From a virus (taxonomy: Duplodnaviria > Caudoviricetes), in IMG/VR virus record IMGVR_UViG_3300037422_000298: a stretch of DNA of 64,000 nt. One strand, given 5' to 3'. Of the stretch, positions 10,114-19,686 are shown piece after piece. Below the pieces are notes generated by a model. That model did no database searches. It saw only the letters and a program-made list of their open reading frames with translations, and was not told the origin of the DNA. Within the stretch, counting starts at the first letter, position 1. Every line of letters starts with the position of its first letter. The translations under genes were made by a program, and so were the position numbers.

Positions 10114-10503
10114 CTAGACCGTTTCGGCGTTGATGACCGCGAGCTGCATCGGCAGAATCTGTGCGGCCATCGTCGGCGAGTAGAGAAACCCGGTGATGAC
10201 CTGAATCCCTGCTTCGGTGAAGACAGCTGTCTTGGGAGTCTTGGCGGCGTTCACCAAGAACGTCCAGTCCTCCTCGGCGATGTCGAAGGTGCCTTCCTTC
10301 TTTGAGACGGCGTCCTGATACGCGCGTGTGATCGACTGTTGTGCCTGTCCATGCTTCCACGACTCGTTCCAGAGCGGGTTCGCGAACAACTTGATCAGGA
10401 AGCCTTGGAAGTCGAGTGTGCCGATCGCGCCTGGGATCGGCAGGCCTGTCAACAGGTCTTTGAAATGGATCGGCTCGGGGATCTTGATGCGACGCTGGGG
10501 CAT
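10114..10503 (-). CDS. hypothetical protein (possible fibre chaperone)
   Basis: 129 aa ORF directly downstream of fibre-like gene. Confidence 0.55.
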   Translation of the reverse strand: MPQRRIKIPEPIHFKDLLTGLPIPGAIGTLDFQGFLIKLFANPLWNESWKHGQAQQSITRAYQDAVSKKEGTFDIAEEDWTFLVNAAKTPKTAVFTEAGIQVITGFLYSPTMAAQILPMQLAVINAETV

Positions 10504-10552
10504 GTCGCGACTATAGTGCCACGCGTACGAATGACGCCAGCTTCAAACGCAC

Positions 10553-12958
10553 TTAGCCAGCGATGAGTCCGTGTCCTGTTGAGGCACGCACGCGCGCCAA
10601 GAGATCGTTGATGGCTGTACGTGCCTCGGCGTCGACCGTGGCACCGCCCGCGGCGTCTGCCACGGCGGCGCCCTGGGCACCGACGACCTTGGTGCCGCCG
10701 CGAAGCAGGGACGTCGTCATATTGATCGAGCCGGTGACATCGAGTGCTTCGGTGGGCGCGGCGTTGCCGATACCGAGACGGTTGGCGGCGTCGTCGTAGA
10801 AGAGGTTCGCGTTGTCCTGCGCGATGCGCCCTGATGCATTCGCGAACAGAACTGATCCGGTTGTGAGCGCGGCTTCGAGCTGCGGCAGATTGAAGTACGC
10901 ACCCGCGTTGAGTGAGGTCTGGAACTGGTCCGTCGTCTCGTTGTACCGAAGTCGACCCGTGTCCGCTGCGCTGACTGCTGCGGCGGCGCCGCCTGCAAGC
11001 TGGTAGAACGCCGACCCGCCTGTCATTCCAAACGAGTGCTCGTTCCTCGTGATGTTGGCGAACACGATGTCCGACGCGTTCGAGAACCAGTAGAGTCGGC
11101 TCTGCAAGTGAGTGATGGCGACGCTCGCATTCGCCCACCCGAGTGACCCACGACCTGCGCTGACGTTGTCGAGGTACTGGATCGCCGAGTACCCGGACGT
11201 CGACAGGTTGCGAAGGTTCATCGCAAGATTGGCGGTCAACGAGTGCGAGATCAGAAACGGGTTCGGCGACGACGCGCCATCGATATAGGACGTGTCGCTA
11301 GAGTTATCGTGCCCGACCCCGAGAACGAAGGTTCCGATCTCGTTGACGAAGTTGATCGTCGAGAAACCGGTCGCGCTGGTGTTCTGGATCAGTGCAACGC
11401 CCTGTGCACTGACCGTACGGCGAACGTGAAGCTGATAAGCGGCATCTGGCGTAGACGTGCCAATCCCGATCTGACCGGTTGTCGTGATCGTCATCCGGGT
11501 GTTGGTGTTGCGAGCTGCGTCTGTACTGACGTCACCGGTCGCGAACTTCATTTTGATCGCGTCAGACTCGTCGATGAAGATCGCCGAGTCGCCCGGCGTG
11601 AAGGATCCAAGAATCAGCACGGCGTCGCTCGCCGCAGCGAGCGAAATGATGGACGCCACACAGTGACTAGTAGTGCTGTGAACCTCCAGCTTGGTGTCGG
11701 TAAACAGTCCCGGTGTGCTGGTACCAACGCCAAGTGCATTGGTGGTGTCGTTCCAGAAGAGTTGCGCGTTGTCCTGTGCGATGCGCCCTGACGCGTTCGC
11801 GAACAGTACCGAGCCGCTAGTCAGTGCAGTTTCGAGCTGTGGAACATTGAAGTACGCAGCGCCGTCGAGCGACGATTGTAGCGCAACAGCTGTGTCGTTG
11901 TAGCGAAGACGCGCTGTATTGACGGCGCTGACGGCTGCCGCGGCGCCATTCGCCATGGCCAAGAACGTCGAGCCCGCCGTCATACCGAACCGGAAGGCAT
12001 TTTCGGTGGCGCTGGCGAGTGCGATGTCCGCGCCGGTAAATGCCAACCAACCGTTCAGATTTTGGAGGTGTGTAAAAGCGTAAGCACTGGGAAAGAACCC
12101 GACATACGACTGAAACACGGCTGCTTGATTCAGAAATCCAAGCGCGCTTGGACCTGTGTTTGCGCCGTTGTTGTTATGAAGGAAGGCGACGCCGTCGGTG
12201 GCGTGGTTACGGCGTACATAGAGTTGTGCATCTAAAAAATCAACATTGCCGCCCAGCGTAGTCAGCAAGTTGGTCGGCGTGTTGGTTCCGATGCCGAGTC
12301 GATTGTTCGTGTCGTCCCAAAAGAAGTTCGCGTTGTCCTGCGAAACTGCGCTTCCGGCACCTGCAAACAGTACCGAGCCTGCGCTCAACCCTGAGAGCAC
12401 CGACACGGTCGCGACGCCAAGAACATCGGTCGCGGTGACGTTCGGCCCGACGAAGTCGATGTTCGTGTATGGACTGCCTGGCAGGATCACGCCGTCGTCG
12501 AGGACGTTGATGCCCGCGATACCGCCGCCGCCGGGGATCGTGATACGCGCGACGCCACCGCCCATGTCGGTCGCGATTACGCCCGCGCCGACGAAATCGA
12601 AAATCGGGTGGGGATTATTGGGGATCGCGAGGCCCTCGTCGCGCACGTCGACGCCAGCCGTGCCGCCGCCGGAGGCGTTGAACGGTTGAGGGCTGAGGTC
12701 CGTGATCTGTGAGGAGCCGAGCTGGCGTGGGATCGTGTGTTTCAGTTCGAGCCAAACGTCGACGCTGGCCGGTGCCGCGTTGTTGTTGGTAACGGTGACG
12801 GTGGTAGTCGTGACGACAACAGAGAAGCCCTGTGCGCTCAGCGCGGTGAAGTCAGGGCGTTTGGGTACGCCGTTGACGTTGATCTGGTGGACCAACATCG
12901 CGTTGCCGCTCGCGGGAACGTTCGCGAACGACAGGACTTGTAAAAGCCTCGTCGCCAT
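10553..12958 (-). CDS. fibre/spike (receptor-binding) protein
   Basis: 801 aa Gly/Ala/Thr-rich; three repeats GSVLFA.....(I/V)(A/S)QDNA..F(W/Y).D....LG(I/V)G; C-terminal DAEARTAINDLLAR. Confidence 0.7.
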   Translation of the reverse strand: MATRLLQVLSFANVPASGNAMLVHQINVNGVPKRPDFTALSAQGFSVVVTTTTVTVTNNNAAPASVDVWLELKHTIPRQLGSSQITDLSPQPFNASGGGTAGVDVRDEGLAIPNNPHPIFDFVGAGVIATDMGGGVARITIPGGGGIAGINVLDDGVILPGSPYTNIDFVGPNVTATDVLGVATVSVLSGLSAGSVLFAGAGSAVSQDNANFFWDDTNNRLGIGTNTPTNLLTTLGGNVDFLDAQLYVRRNHATDGVAFLHNNNGANTGPSALGFLNQAAVFQSYVGFFPSAYAFTHLQNLNGWLAFTGADIALASATENAFRFGMTAGSTFLAMANGAAAAVSAVNTARLRYNDTAVALQSSLDGAAYFNVPQLETALTSGSVLFANASGRIAQDNAQLFWNDTTNALGVGTSTPGLFTDTKLEVHSTTSHCVASIISLAAASDAVLILGSFTPGDSAIFIDESDAIKMKFATGDVSTDAARNTNTRMTITTTGQIGIGTSTPDAAYQLHVRRTVSAQGVALIQNTSATGFSTINFVNEIGTFVLGVGHDNSSDTSYIDGASSPNPFLISHSLTANLAMNLRNLSTSGYSAIQYLDNVSAGRGSLGWANASVAITHLQSRLYWFSNASDIVFANITRNEHSFGMTGGSAFYQLAGGAAAAVSAADTGRLRYNETTDQFQTSLNAGAYFNLPQLEAALTTGSVLFANASGRIAQDNANLFYDDAANRLGIGNAAPTEALDVTGSINMTTSLLRGGTKVVGAQGAAVADAAGGATVDAEARTAINDLLARVRASTGHGLIAG

Positions 12959-13033
12959 GTCTTCAACGTAACACGATCGCGGGAGCGATCGCTCGTGCTT
13001 GAGCAGCGACCGCCGTCGTCATAGAACGTAGGC

Positions 13034-13228
13034 ATGGCGATGAAACGCTGCTCTTGGACGCTCGCGAAGGGTCCTATAGGACGTCGAAAGTTTTCAGGTT
13101 GTTTCAGCTCGCACGCTGAAGCGGAACGCGCAGCGCAAGACGAAGGTCCCGGCTGGACGCCTACGGTCGTTCCACCGCCGGGTGTACCGCTACAGTCGCG
13201 ACGGCGTACGAAGCGGCGGCGTCGCTAG
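13034..13228 (+). CDS. small basic protein
   Basis: 64 aa ending SRRRTKRRRR; CTAG stop overlap with endolysin. Confidence 0.5.
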   Translation: MAMKRCSWTLAKGPIGRRKFSGCFSSHAEAERAAQDEGPGWTPTVVPPPGVPLQSRRRTKRRRR

Positions 13229-14160
13229 CGTACCGGCTTGTAGCTGGGCGCATCGAAGTACCCGTACGGTGAACGCGTCGGGTCGTTGGGAAACCATTCG
13301 CGCGGGTTCGGGTACCCGCCGTCGGGACCGCCGAGCACGAAGCCCGGACCACCATCGGTCAGCCCGAGCTTCTTCATCATCACCGCGACGATTTCCTGCG
13401 CGACCTTTGATCCAGGATCGTTGCGGCGATTTGCGCTCGACTGTCGGTGCGTGTTGAGCGAGTGCATCTTGCCACCGAGGCGCAGCGTCTCGTAGTACCG
13501 CCACTCGATGAGCTGACAGGTCGACTCGATCTGCTTGTCGGTGACGCTGACAGCGGTCTCTTTGTACGGCGTCTTGGGATCGTCCCAGACCGTGCGGGGG
13601 TCACCTTCGATCCCGGCGAACAGTCCGTCGATCTCCGCGCCCCAACACTGCGTGTTCCACTCGTTGCCGTGGATGATCCGTCGCGTGTCGTCGTGCAACC
13701 AAATCACGTCGCCGTCGCTGTAGTAGCCGCCAGCTGGGCGCATGATGGTGTAGTGCGCGCCGATGTCATCACAGCGTGCAGGGTCTTTGGAGACGGACAA
13801 GATGCAGGCCGTCTGGTGCATCGTTGCACCACGAACTTCCGTGATCGGCCGCGGACCATAGTCGTAGGTGCGGCCTGCGAACTTGCGGCGATCGATCAGG
13901 CGATCGGGCGGCTTGCAGGTGTGCGGCGTGTTGAGCAGTGTGATCAACGAATCGACCCACGCCAGCTCAGCGTCGGAGATCATTTCGGGATCGGGGTCAG
14001 GTGCACGACTGTGTGCGAGCGACAGCATGTTGAACGCTGCGAACGTCTCGTTGCCGAGATCACCGTCGGCACCCCAGCGCGGCAGTTTCATCCCGAGCGC
14101 GAGTAGCTTGTTCTGGAAGTCTTGGACGTTCTGGCCCTTGTCGTTTCGCTTGAGCGCCAT
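13225..14160 (-). CDS. endolysin: peptidoglycan-binding domain plus amidase_2-like domain
   Basis: MALKRNDKGQNVQDFQNKL...WGADGDLGNET (PG-binding); HQTA, GAHY, GAEIDG, HRQ...RNDPG Zn-amidase motifs. Confidence 0.8.
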   Translation of the reverse strand: MALKRNDKGQNVQDFQNKLLALGMKLPRWGADGDLGNETFAAFNMLSLAHSRAPDPDPEMISDAELAWVDSLITLLNTPHTCKPPDRLIDRRKFAGRTYDYGPRPITEVRGATMHQTACILSVSKDPARCDDIGAHYTIMRPAGGYYSDGDVIWLHDDTRRIIHGNEWNTQCWGAEIDGLFAGIEGDPRTVWDDPKTPYKETAVSVTDKQIESTCQLIEWRYYETLRLGGKMHSLNTHRQSSANRRNDPGSKVAQEIVAVMMKKLGLTDGGPGFVLGGPDGGYPNPREWFPNDPTRSPYGYFDAPSYKPVR

Positions 14161-14206
14161 ACGTACATGATAGGCGATCGCGTGCGCGATCGTAGGCGCT
14201 GTCGAC

Positions 14207-14246
14207 AAACGAAAACGGCCCGGTCCGAAGACCGAGCCGTTTCGTT
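14207..14246. terminator. intrinsic terminator hairpin
   Basis: AAACGAAAACGGCCCGGTC-CGAA-GACCGAGCCGTTTCGTT. Confidence 0.6.
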
Positions 14247-14249
14247 CAT

Positions 14250-14313
14250 CGCTTCGTCGAAGCGACCGTCGTGGTTAGCACCGCTTCGTCGAAGCGACCG
14301 TCGTGGTTAGCGC
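14250..14313. repeat. 32-bp tandem duplication
   Basis: CGCTTCGTCGAAGCGACCGTCGTGGTTAGC(A/G)C twice. Confidence 0.85.
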
Positions 14314-14537
14314 CGTTTCTTGGTCCGCTTTTTGACCTTGGCCCAGCGATCACCGTCCCAAACTTCGAGCGCAGATCGATCCGGTTTCGGCGTGCTTCGG
14401 CGTGCTTCACGCATCGCTTCAGTCGTCGAATTCGCACAGAGATGGATGTACCCGCTGTAGCGCGAAGGGATGCGGTAGTTCGTCCAACCGGCAGAACATC
14501 GCACTCCGGGTGGTCCGGGCTTCGTCATGAGCGTCAT
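14307..14537 (-). CDS. small basic protein
   Basis: 76 aa ending KVKKRTKKRR. Confidence 0.45.
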   Translation of the reverse strand: MTLMTKPGPPGVRCSAGWTNYRIPSRYSGYIHLCANSTTEAMREARRSTPKPDRSALEVWDGDRWAKVKKRTKKRR

Positions 14538-14541
14538 CCTA

Positions 14542-15333
14542 CTACAAGTTTTTGCGCTTCAGATAGTTCTGGTACGCCTCGGTCGACGTCCAGCGTCGGC
14601 GGTCTTTCAGCGGACAGCGGCCGAACCCGGGCGGCGTCCCGAGCGCTTCGTCGAGCGGCCAGCTGTAAGTTACGACGCGGCTCTTGACCGTGTCGTAGCG
14701 AATGTCGGCGATCTCGGACCACTCACCGAGCGCGCGAAACTCACCTGCAAGTTCGTAGAGCTTGGTGCCTTGACGGTTGCGGTTTTGCTCTTCAGGTGTG
14801 GCCCATCGAATGTTGCCGGGAACGTAGCCCTTGTCGTTGTTGATGCGGTCGATCGAGTGGCGCCGAGACACGCGCGGCCCAAGTTCTTTTTCGACGTAAT
14901 CACGAAACGCTTCGAAGGTGTTCGCCCATGATTTGTGCATCGTAATGCCGCGACCGCCGTACCACTTGTACGGCCGACTGCGTGGGTTGAAGCACCGCGT
15001 CTTGATCGCTGACCACGCACGGTAGAGGTCGTTGACCTTGTGACCGACTGCAGCACCATGGCGTGTCGCTGCGACGTTTCGTGTAGTGACCTCTTCGCTG
15101 TGGACGCAGCCACATGATGTTGTCGCACCCGATGTCAGGCTGGTCTTCATGACGTCGACGAACCAGCCGCAGCTACAACGGCACGTGACCATCTTCTGGC
15201 CATGCTTCGTAACGACACCTGTGAAGCCGATGACGACGAGCCGACCGAACGGCGACTTCGCGAAGACATCAGTCCACGATGCAGGTGCAGGCTGCGTTGG
15301 CGCGCAGGTTTCGCGGCGGTTCCCAGATCTCAC
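14542..15333 (-). CDS. HNH homing endonuclease (start uncertain)
   Basis: CRCSCG...TTSCGC...LYRAW..IKTRCFNP....YGGRGI...SIDRINNDKGY.PGNIRWAT..EQNRN. Confidence 0.85.
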   Translation of the reverse strand: MRSGNRRETCAPTQPAPASWTDVFAKSPFGRLVVIGFTGVVTKHGQKMVTCRCSCGWFVDVMKTSLTSGATTSCGCVHSEEVTTRNVAATRHGAAVGHKVNDLYRAWSAIKTRCFNPRSRPYKWYGGRGITMHKSWANTFEAFRDYVEKELGPRVSRRHSIDRINNDKGYVPGNIRWATPEEQNRNRQGTKLYELAGEFRALGEWSEIADIRYDTVKSRVVTYSWPLDEALGTPPGFGRCPLKDRRRWTSTEAYQNYLKRKNL

Positions 15334-15375
15334 GGTTCGAGAACATCACGTACTCATAACAAAACGTCAAGACAT

Positions 15376-15406
15376 GAAAAAAGCCACCGATTTCTCGGCG
15401 GCTCTT
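15376..15406 (-). terminator. rho-independent terminator after putative capsid gene
   Basis: Minus strand AGCCGCCGA-GAAA-TCGGTGGCT-TTTTT; second hairpin AACTAGGCGA/TCGCCTAGTT at 15409-15434. Confidence 0.75.
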
Positions 15407-15439
15407 CCAACTAGGCGACTGATTTCGCCTAGTTAGGCC

Positions 15440-16189
15440 TCACACAACCGTCCTCTTGATGAGGCCGTACTTGTACAGCTTCACGTCGGCGAAGTTCAGC
15501 GCGGTTGCACCGTCGCTGGCCGCCTGAGCGATGCGGCAGGGGGCTTCGGGCTGGAAGATGCCCTTGTAGCCGAGGTTCTCGCGCTCGTGCACGGGGAGCA
15601 CGAGAGCGACGCGATCACGCGGGCTCGGGACGCCGTTCTGCGCGAGTTCGAACGCCGTGTTCGTGGAGAACACCCAGTAGCCGTGGCCCTGGGGGTAGTC
15701 CTGTAGGACGCCCTGCGTGTAGAACTTGGCGTTGTACTCGTACTGGAAGAACGTGACGCGGTCCATCTGGAACAGCGTCACCAGGCTCGGCGGATCCGAG
15801 AGCGCGAACGGCGCGATCGGCGCGCCCGCACCCGGGATGACCGTCGAGAAGTTGTCCGCGAGGGTCGGACGATCTGGCGAGGTGTCCGGCGCGCGCATCA
15901 CGCGCGTGACCATGATGCCCCAGCCGTAGACGAGCATCTCCCAGTCCTTCGGCAGACCAGAGTCGCCGTTGCGGGGGATGTTGGTGTCGACGCGCGTCTG
16001 CACGCGCTGACCGCCGGGGATCGGCTGGCTGCGACCCGAGCTGTACGCTTCGAGCGGCGTGGTGAGCCCGTTCTGGAACTGGACCGAGCCGTACAGCTTG
16101 TCGTCGATCCAGTCCGCGAGGGCGATGGTGCTGCCGTCGGGCAGCGTGAGGGTGGTGGTTGATGGCGCTACGCCAACTGCTCCGGCCAT
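15440..16189 (-). CDS. candidate single-jelly-roll major capsid protein
   Basis: 249 aa, extreme codon bias, strong terminator; DTNI...G.LP...MLVYG, NGVPSPR...LVLPV and terminal LYKYGLIKRTVV resemble my recollection of SJR capsid proteins of tail-less viruses. Confidence 0.55.
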   Translation of the reverse strand: MAGAVGVAPSTTTLTLPDGSTIALADWIDDKLYGSVQFQNGLTTPLEAYSSGRSQPIPGGQRVQTRVDTNIPRNGDSGLPKDWEMLVYGWGIMVTRVMRAPDTSPDRPTLADNFSTVIPGAGAPIAPFALSDPPSLVTLFQMDRVTFFQYEYNAKFYTQGVLQDYPQGHGYWVFSTNTAFELAQNGVPSPRDRVALVLPVHERENLGYKGIFQPEAPCRIAQAASDGATALNFADVKLYKYGLIKRTVV

Positions 16190-16377
16190 GGTCTCTTGTC
16201 CTTGTCGAGAGTGAACGGCTCAACGCCGTCTGGATGGTCGCGCCGAGGATTCGGCGTGAACCGGTGATCGCCGACCAGCGATCGTCGAAGCGATTCAATC
16301 GCGCGAGCGACTCAATCGCTTCAGCGACTCTGGGCGCTAGTTGCCGCCTCCGTTGCGGTTATCGGCCCGCACGCTGT

Positions 16378-17166
16378 TCAGTTCCCTCCGCCGCCGAAGA
16401 GCGTTGCACCGAAGTGCATGCCCATCGACGAGAGCGCCGGACCGCCGAGGATCTTGGTCTGCTGGACAGCCGGGTTGTCGTTCATGCCGTAGTCACCGGC
16501 ACCGACGAGAGTCGGCGGGCCGACCAGCTCGGGTCGAGCAGCACCGAAGCCGCCACCGTTCTGGATCGAACCCGGCACCGGGAAGGCCGGTTCGATCGCA
16601 ACGGCACCGAAGCCGTTCTGCATCGCCGGGAGGTTTGCCGGGACGACATAGCCCGGTTCGATCGTGGCGATGCCGAAGCCGTTACCGGCACCCGGCTGGA
16701 TCACCGCCGTCGGATCGATCACGACGCCGTTCCAACCGAACGTGCCCGGCTGTGCGGGAACCGTCGGCGTCACCGTCGGCGTCACCGTCGGGGTCACCGT
16801 CGGGGTCGCGGCAGCAGGCTTGAACAGCGACTGCTCCAGCTGACGCATGCCGTTGGTCACGAACGCGGTCGCGATCGCGGCGAGGCCCATGCGGCGCGTT
16901 CCGGGGAATGCCATCATGACGCCGCCTGCGATTCCGCCTGCGAGCAAGCCCGTCAGTTCGCTGAACTGGTGGAGCTTCGATGTCGGCTGTGTCATCGCAC
17001 GAGCGATGATCGCGGCGCCGGTACCGACACCACCGCCGATGACCGCGCCCCACATGGAGTCGCCGCCCGCTGGCTCGCCGAACTCGTCGAGACCGAACAT
17101 GTCGACCTCGCCGACGTCGGAGAAGCCGTCGGTGTCACCCAGATTGCCAAACGTGTCTTGCTTCAT
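16378..17166 (-). CDS. FG-rich membrane protein, putative inner-membrane virion protein
   Basis: MKQDTFG...; Gly-rich hydrophobic segments; about nine xFG motifs; (TPTV)n linker. Confidence 0.65.
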   Translation of the reverse strand: MKQDTFGNLGDTDGFSDVGEVDMFGLDEFGEPAGGDSMWGAVIGGGVGTGAAIIARAMTQPTSKLHQFSELTGLLAGGIAGGVMMAFPGTRRMGLAAIATAFVTNGMRQLEQSLFKPAAATPTVTPTVTPTVTPTVPAQPGTFGWNGVVIDPTAVIQPGAGNGFGIATIEPGYVVPANLPAMQNGFGAVAIEPAFPVPGSIQNGGGFGAARPELVGPPTLVGAGDYGMNDNPAVQQTKILGGPALSSMGMHFGATLFGGGGN

Positions 17167-17195
17167 GACTATCGACCTCTCTTTTGTCGTTTTGT

Positions 17196-17450
17196 TCAGC
17201 GCCGCGTCGGGCAGCGCGAAGACCCTTCTTGGAATTCCCACCCGGTGCGGCTCTTCTTGCCGTTTCGGGTACGCGTACCGACGCCGACGTAGCAGAGCTG
17301 CATCGAGCATCCCGTGCGCGGGTTCTTGACCGTCTTGCAGTCGCCGACGGCTGCGACAGCACCAAGTGCCTTGCGAGCGTGCTTGGGCTTTTTCGCCTTC
17401 GCCTTCTTCGTCGGCGTGTCGGTGCCATCGATGGTGAATACGCTCGGCAT
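17196..17450 (-). CDS. small Lys/Arg-rich Cys-containing protein
   Basis: MPSVFTIDG...KKAKAKKPKHARKALG...; start overlaps upstream stop. Confidence 0.55.
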   Translation of the reverse strand: MPSVFTIDGTDTPTKKAKAKKPKHARKALGAVAAVGDCKTVKNPRTGCSMQLCYVGVGTRTRNGKKSRTGWEFQEGSSRCPTRR

Positions 17451-18349
17451 CAGCGCCTCTGCTCCGGGCGAACGGCAATGGAGTTCATTGCCTGCATCGG
17501 GAACACCGATTCCGGCGTCGGCCACCGCTTCATGACCATTGGCGGACGCGTATCGAGCGGAACGCGCGCTTGGCGTTGAGCGTCGTGGATCGGAACGCGC
17601 GTCGCCTGGTTCATTTGCGCGATCGAGTTCGGCATGAACCGGTGCGCGATCGACGCTTGGAAGTTGCGCCGCGCCCACACGTTGTCGTCGTAGTTGAGCT
17701 TGCGGTAGTAGAACCCGTAGTCGAGGTACGGGTACTGCGGCACGTGACCAGGCCGTACTTGATGCGGCAACACTTCGTTGGCGAGCAACGGAATGCCGAA
17801 GCCGCTCTTTTTCTGCTGATCGACCGTCATCGGCGTCTCGCGTACTTGGACTTCGGTCGGTTTTCCGGTGGCCGCAATCGGGGCCGGTCCTGGCATTGCT
17901 GGAGCAGGAGGCGCGACAGTCACGCTGGGCTCACCGCCGGGGCCGTTGCAGACGATCACGCGACGAATGCCGATTTGGATCGCAACAGGTGAACCCTTGG
18001 CGAGCTGTTGCGCGGCTGCGGTGATCGTACCGACGACACCGCCGCCGGGCGGTGTATTGGGCGCGACGCGGATCTTCGACGTACCCATGCAGATCACGGC
18101 AGCCTGGCCGCGGCGGAACTGCTGCGCGACCTTGCCCGCTGCGTAGGCGATGTCCTCGGGTGCGGGATATGGCGAGACCGCCGGTCCAGCGCCGCGAACG
18201 CTGGCGATGAACGGATCGATCGTGTGCGTCGCCATGTCGACGGGTGACAGCTGACGGATCCACATCGGCTCGATCACGCTGGTCCGCGTGATGGCGTCGG
18301 GACGCCAGTGCATCGAGACGTGTTCGCTACGCGTCCACGGGACCATCAT
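17450..18349 (-). CDS. Pro-rich putative virion protein
   Basis: Palindrome + TACGTT + 6 nt + ATG; KSGFG motif. Confidence 0.6.
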   Translation of the reverse strand: MMVPWTRSEHVSMHWRPDAITRTSVIEPMWIRQLSPVDMATHTIDPFIASVRGAGPAVSPYPAPEDIAYAAGKVAQQFRRGQAAVICMGTSKIRVAPNTPPGGGVVGTITAAAQQLAKGSPVAIQIGIRRVIVCNGPGGEPSVTVAPPAPAMPGPAPIAATGKPTEVQVRETPMTVDQQKKSGFGIPLLANEVLPHQVRPGHVPQYPYLDYGFYYRKLNYDDNVWARRNFQASIAHRFMPNSIAQMNQATRVPIHDAQRQARVPLDTRPPMVMKRWPTPESVFPMQAMNSIAVRPEQRR

Positions 18350-18505
18350 GCAAACAACGTAGTCGATCGCTCGCGCGACTGCAATACAAAGCACAACGAT
18401 TTCACTGAGTTAGCCTGCAAATCGCTGCGCATCGCTGATCACTTCTGATCACGTTGGCGCCTTGATCGCGCGAGCGACTGCGCGTACGTTGCTAGGTGAG
18501 AAGAG

Positions 18506-18730
18506 ATGGCAAGACGTCGACGTCCACGTGCGTTGGGAGACATTGCAGTTCCGCAAACAGTTGAACGGCCAGTGACTCCGCGCGAGCTTGCACACTTTCT
18601 GAAGGTCAGCCCTGCGACGATCCGTCGACGTCTTGGCGAGCTACCGCATTTTCGCATCGGCAACCGGGTTCGGTTCATGCCGAGCGCGGTGCTCGCGCAC
18701 TACGCCAAGAAGACGAACGGCAGCGACTGA
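18506..18730 (+). CDS. HTH DNA-binding protein (excisionase/HTH_17-like)
   Basis: VTPRELAHFLKVSPATIRR...LPHFRIGNRVRF. Confidence 0.8.
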   Translation: MARRRRPRALGDIAVPQTVERPVTPRELAHFLKVSPATIRRRLGELPHFRIGNRVRFMPSAVLAHYAKKTNGSD

Positions 18731-19032
18731 TGCTGACTGCTACGCACTACAGAAGGCGTCCGCAACTCGGGCAGTCGATCGAGCCAAGCGTTACTGTTCC
18801 GACGGAAGTAGCCACAGCTATCGACAAGCTGACTGCAGCAGCAAACACGCTCGTCGCGGCCGTCTCGAACTTCAAGCTCAAGATCGAACATGACGTGATC
18901 TTGCCGCCGCCGAGTGACACCGTCGCGCGTTTGCTGCCCGTTGCGCTCACGCTCGCGATCTTCATGACCGGTGCGGTGATGTTGACGAAGAAAGTTCTGA
19001 CCGCAGATCCGGGACCGGTACGCAGTCGTTAG
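18730..19032 (+). CDS. small membrane protein
   Basis: MLTATHY...LGQ leader; C-terminal TM LLPVALTLAIFMTGAVML. Confidence 0.55.
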   Translation: MLTATHYRRRPQLGQSIEPSVTVPTEVATAIDKLTAAANTLVAAVSNFKLKIEHDVILPPPSDTVARLLPVALTLAIFMTGAVMLTKKVLTADPGPVRSR

Positions 19033-19361
19033 TCTGCAATCGCGTCGATGCGACGAAGAATGCCTTCGAGGTCTTCGATCGTCGTTAGCAGATCCAAGTA
19101 GTCGTCACCGTCGATCCGTGCACCGCTACTATCAGCCAGTGCTGCCGCGTAGCGCAGCTCGCCGAGCGTGCGACGGAGATTGCGGTATGAGAAGTCGCTC
19201 GACATCAGCCGGTAACAGGGACTGTTCTGTCCGCCGTGCCAGTCACTGCAGATCTCGACGGCGCTCGCGAGGTCGCCGTCCCACACGTGCACGACTTTCC
19301 CTGTGCGCGTGTTCTCGTAGACGACGTAGCCGTTTTCGTCTTGGTAGTAGCGAATCGGCAT
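19029..19361 (-). CDS. hypothetical protein
   Basis: 110 aa ORF, DWHGGQNS motif. Confidence 0.55.
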   Translation of the reverse strand: MPIRYYQDENGYVVYENTRTGKVVHVWDGDLASAVEICSDWHGGQNSPCYRLMSSDFSYRNLRRTLGELRYAAALADSSGARIDGDDYLDLLTTIEDLEGILRRIDAIAD

Positions 19362-19364
19362 TAC

Positions 19365-19676
19365 TCACCGACGACGACGTCGACGCGGGCTGGTGATTGT
19401 ACAGCGGGCTCGAAACGCATCCGAGGCGTGACTGTACCGTCGAAACTGTTCTGAATCGAACGCTGCACCACGCTGATCGGCGCCAATCTCTTCCGCTTCG
19501 AGCACGCCCATCCAGTACGCAAGCGCGCTGAACTTGTCGAACGCCGTTCTGCACTGACCGGCGCGAGCCGTCGCGATGGTTTGCCGCGATAGATTCTTCA
19601 CGGCGAGGTTCGCCGTCTTCATGCGCGTGACATGATCTTCTGCAGGCGAAGCGAAGTTGCGGCGGCGACGCTTCAT
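19365..19676 (-). CDS. small basic protein
   Basis: Starts MKRRRR, ends PRRRRRR. Confidence 0.55.
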   Translation of the reverse strand: MKRRRRNFASPAEDHVTRMKTANLAVKNLSRQTIATARAGQCRTAFDKFSALAYWMGVLEAEEIGADQRGAAFDSEQFRRYSHASDAFRARCTITSPRRRRRR

Positions 19677-19686
19677 CGAAGCGCCT

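Noticed and set aside
14250-14313. Palindrome-containing 32-bp direct repeat as a CRISPR array
   Set aside because: Only two abutting copies, no spacers, no cas genes
18506-18730. Excisionase as proof of an integrated prophage
   Set aside because: No integrase, att site or host genes seen in the window; the HTH may be a transcription regulator
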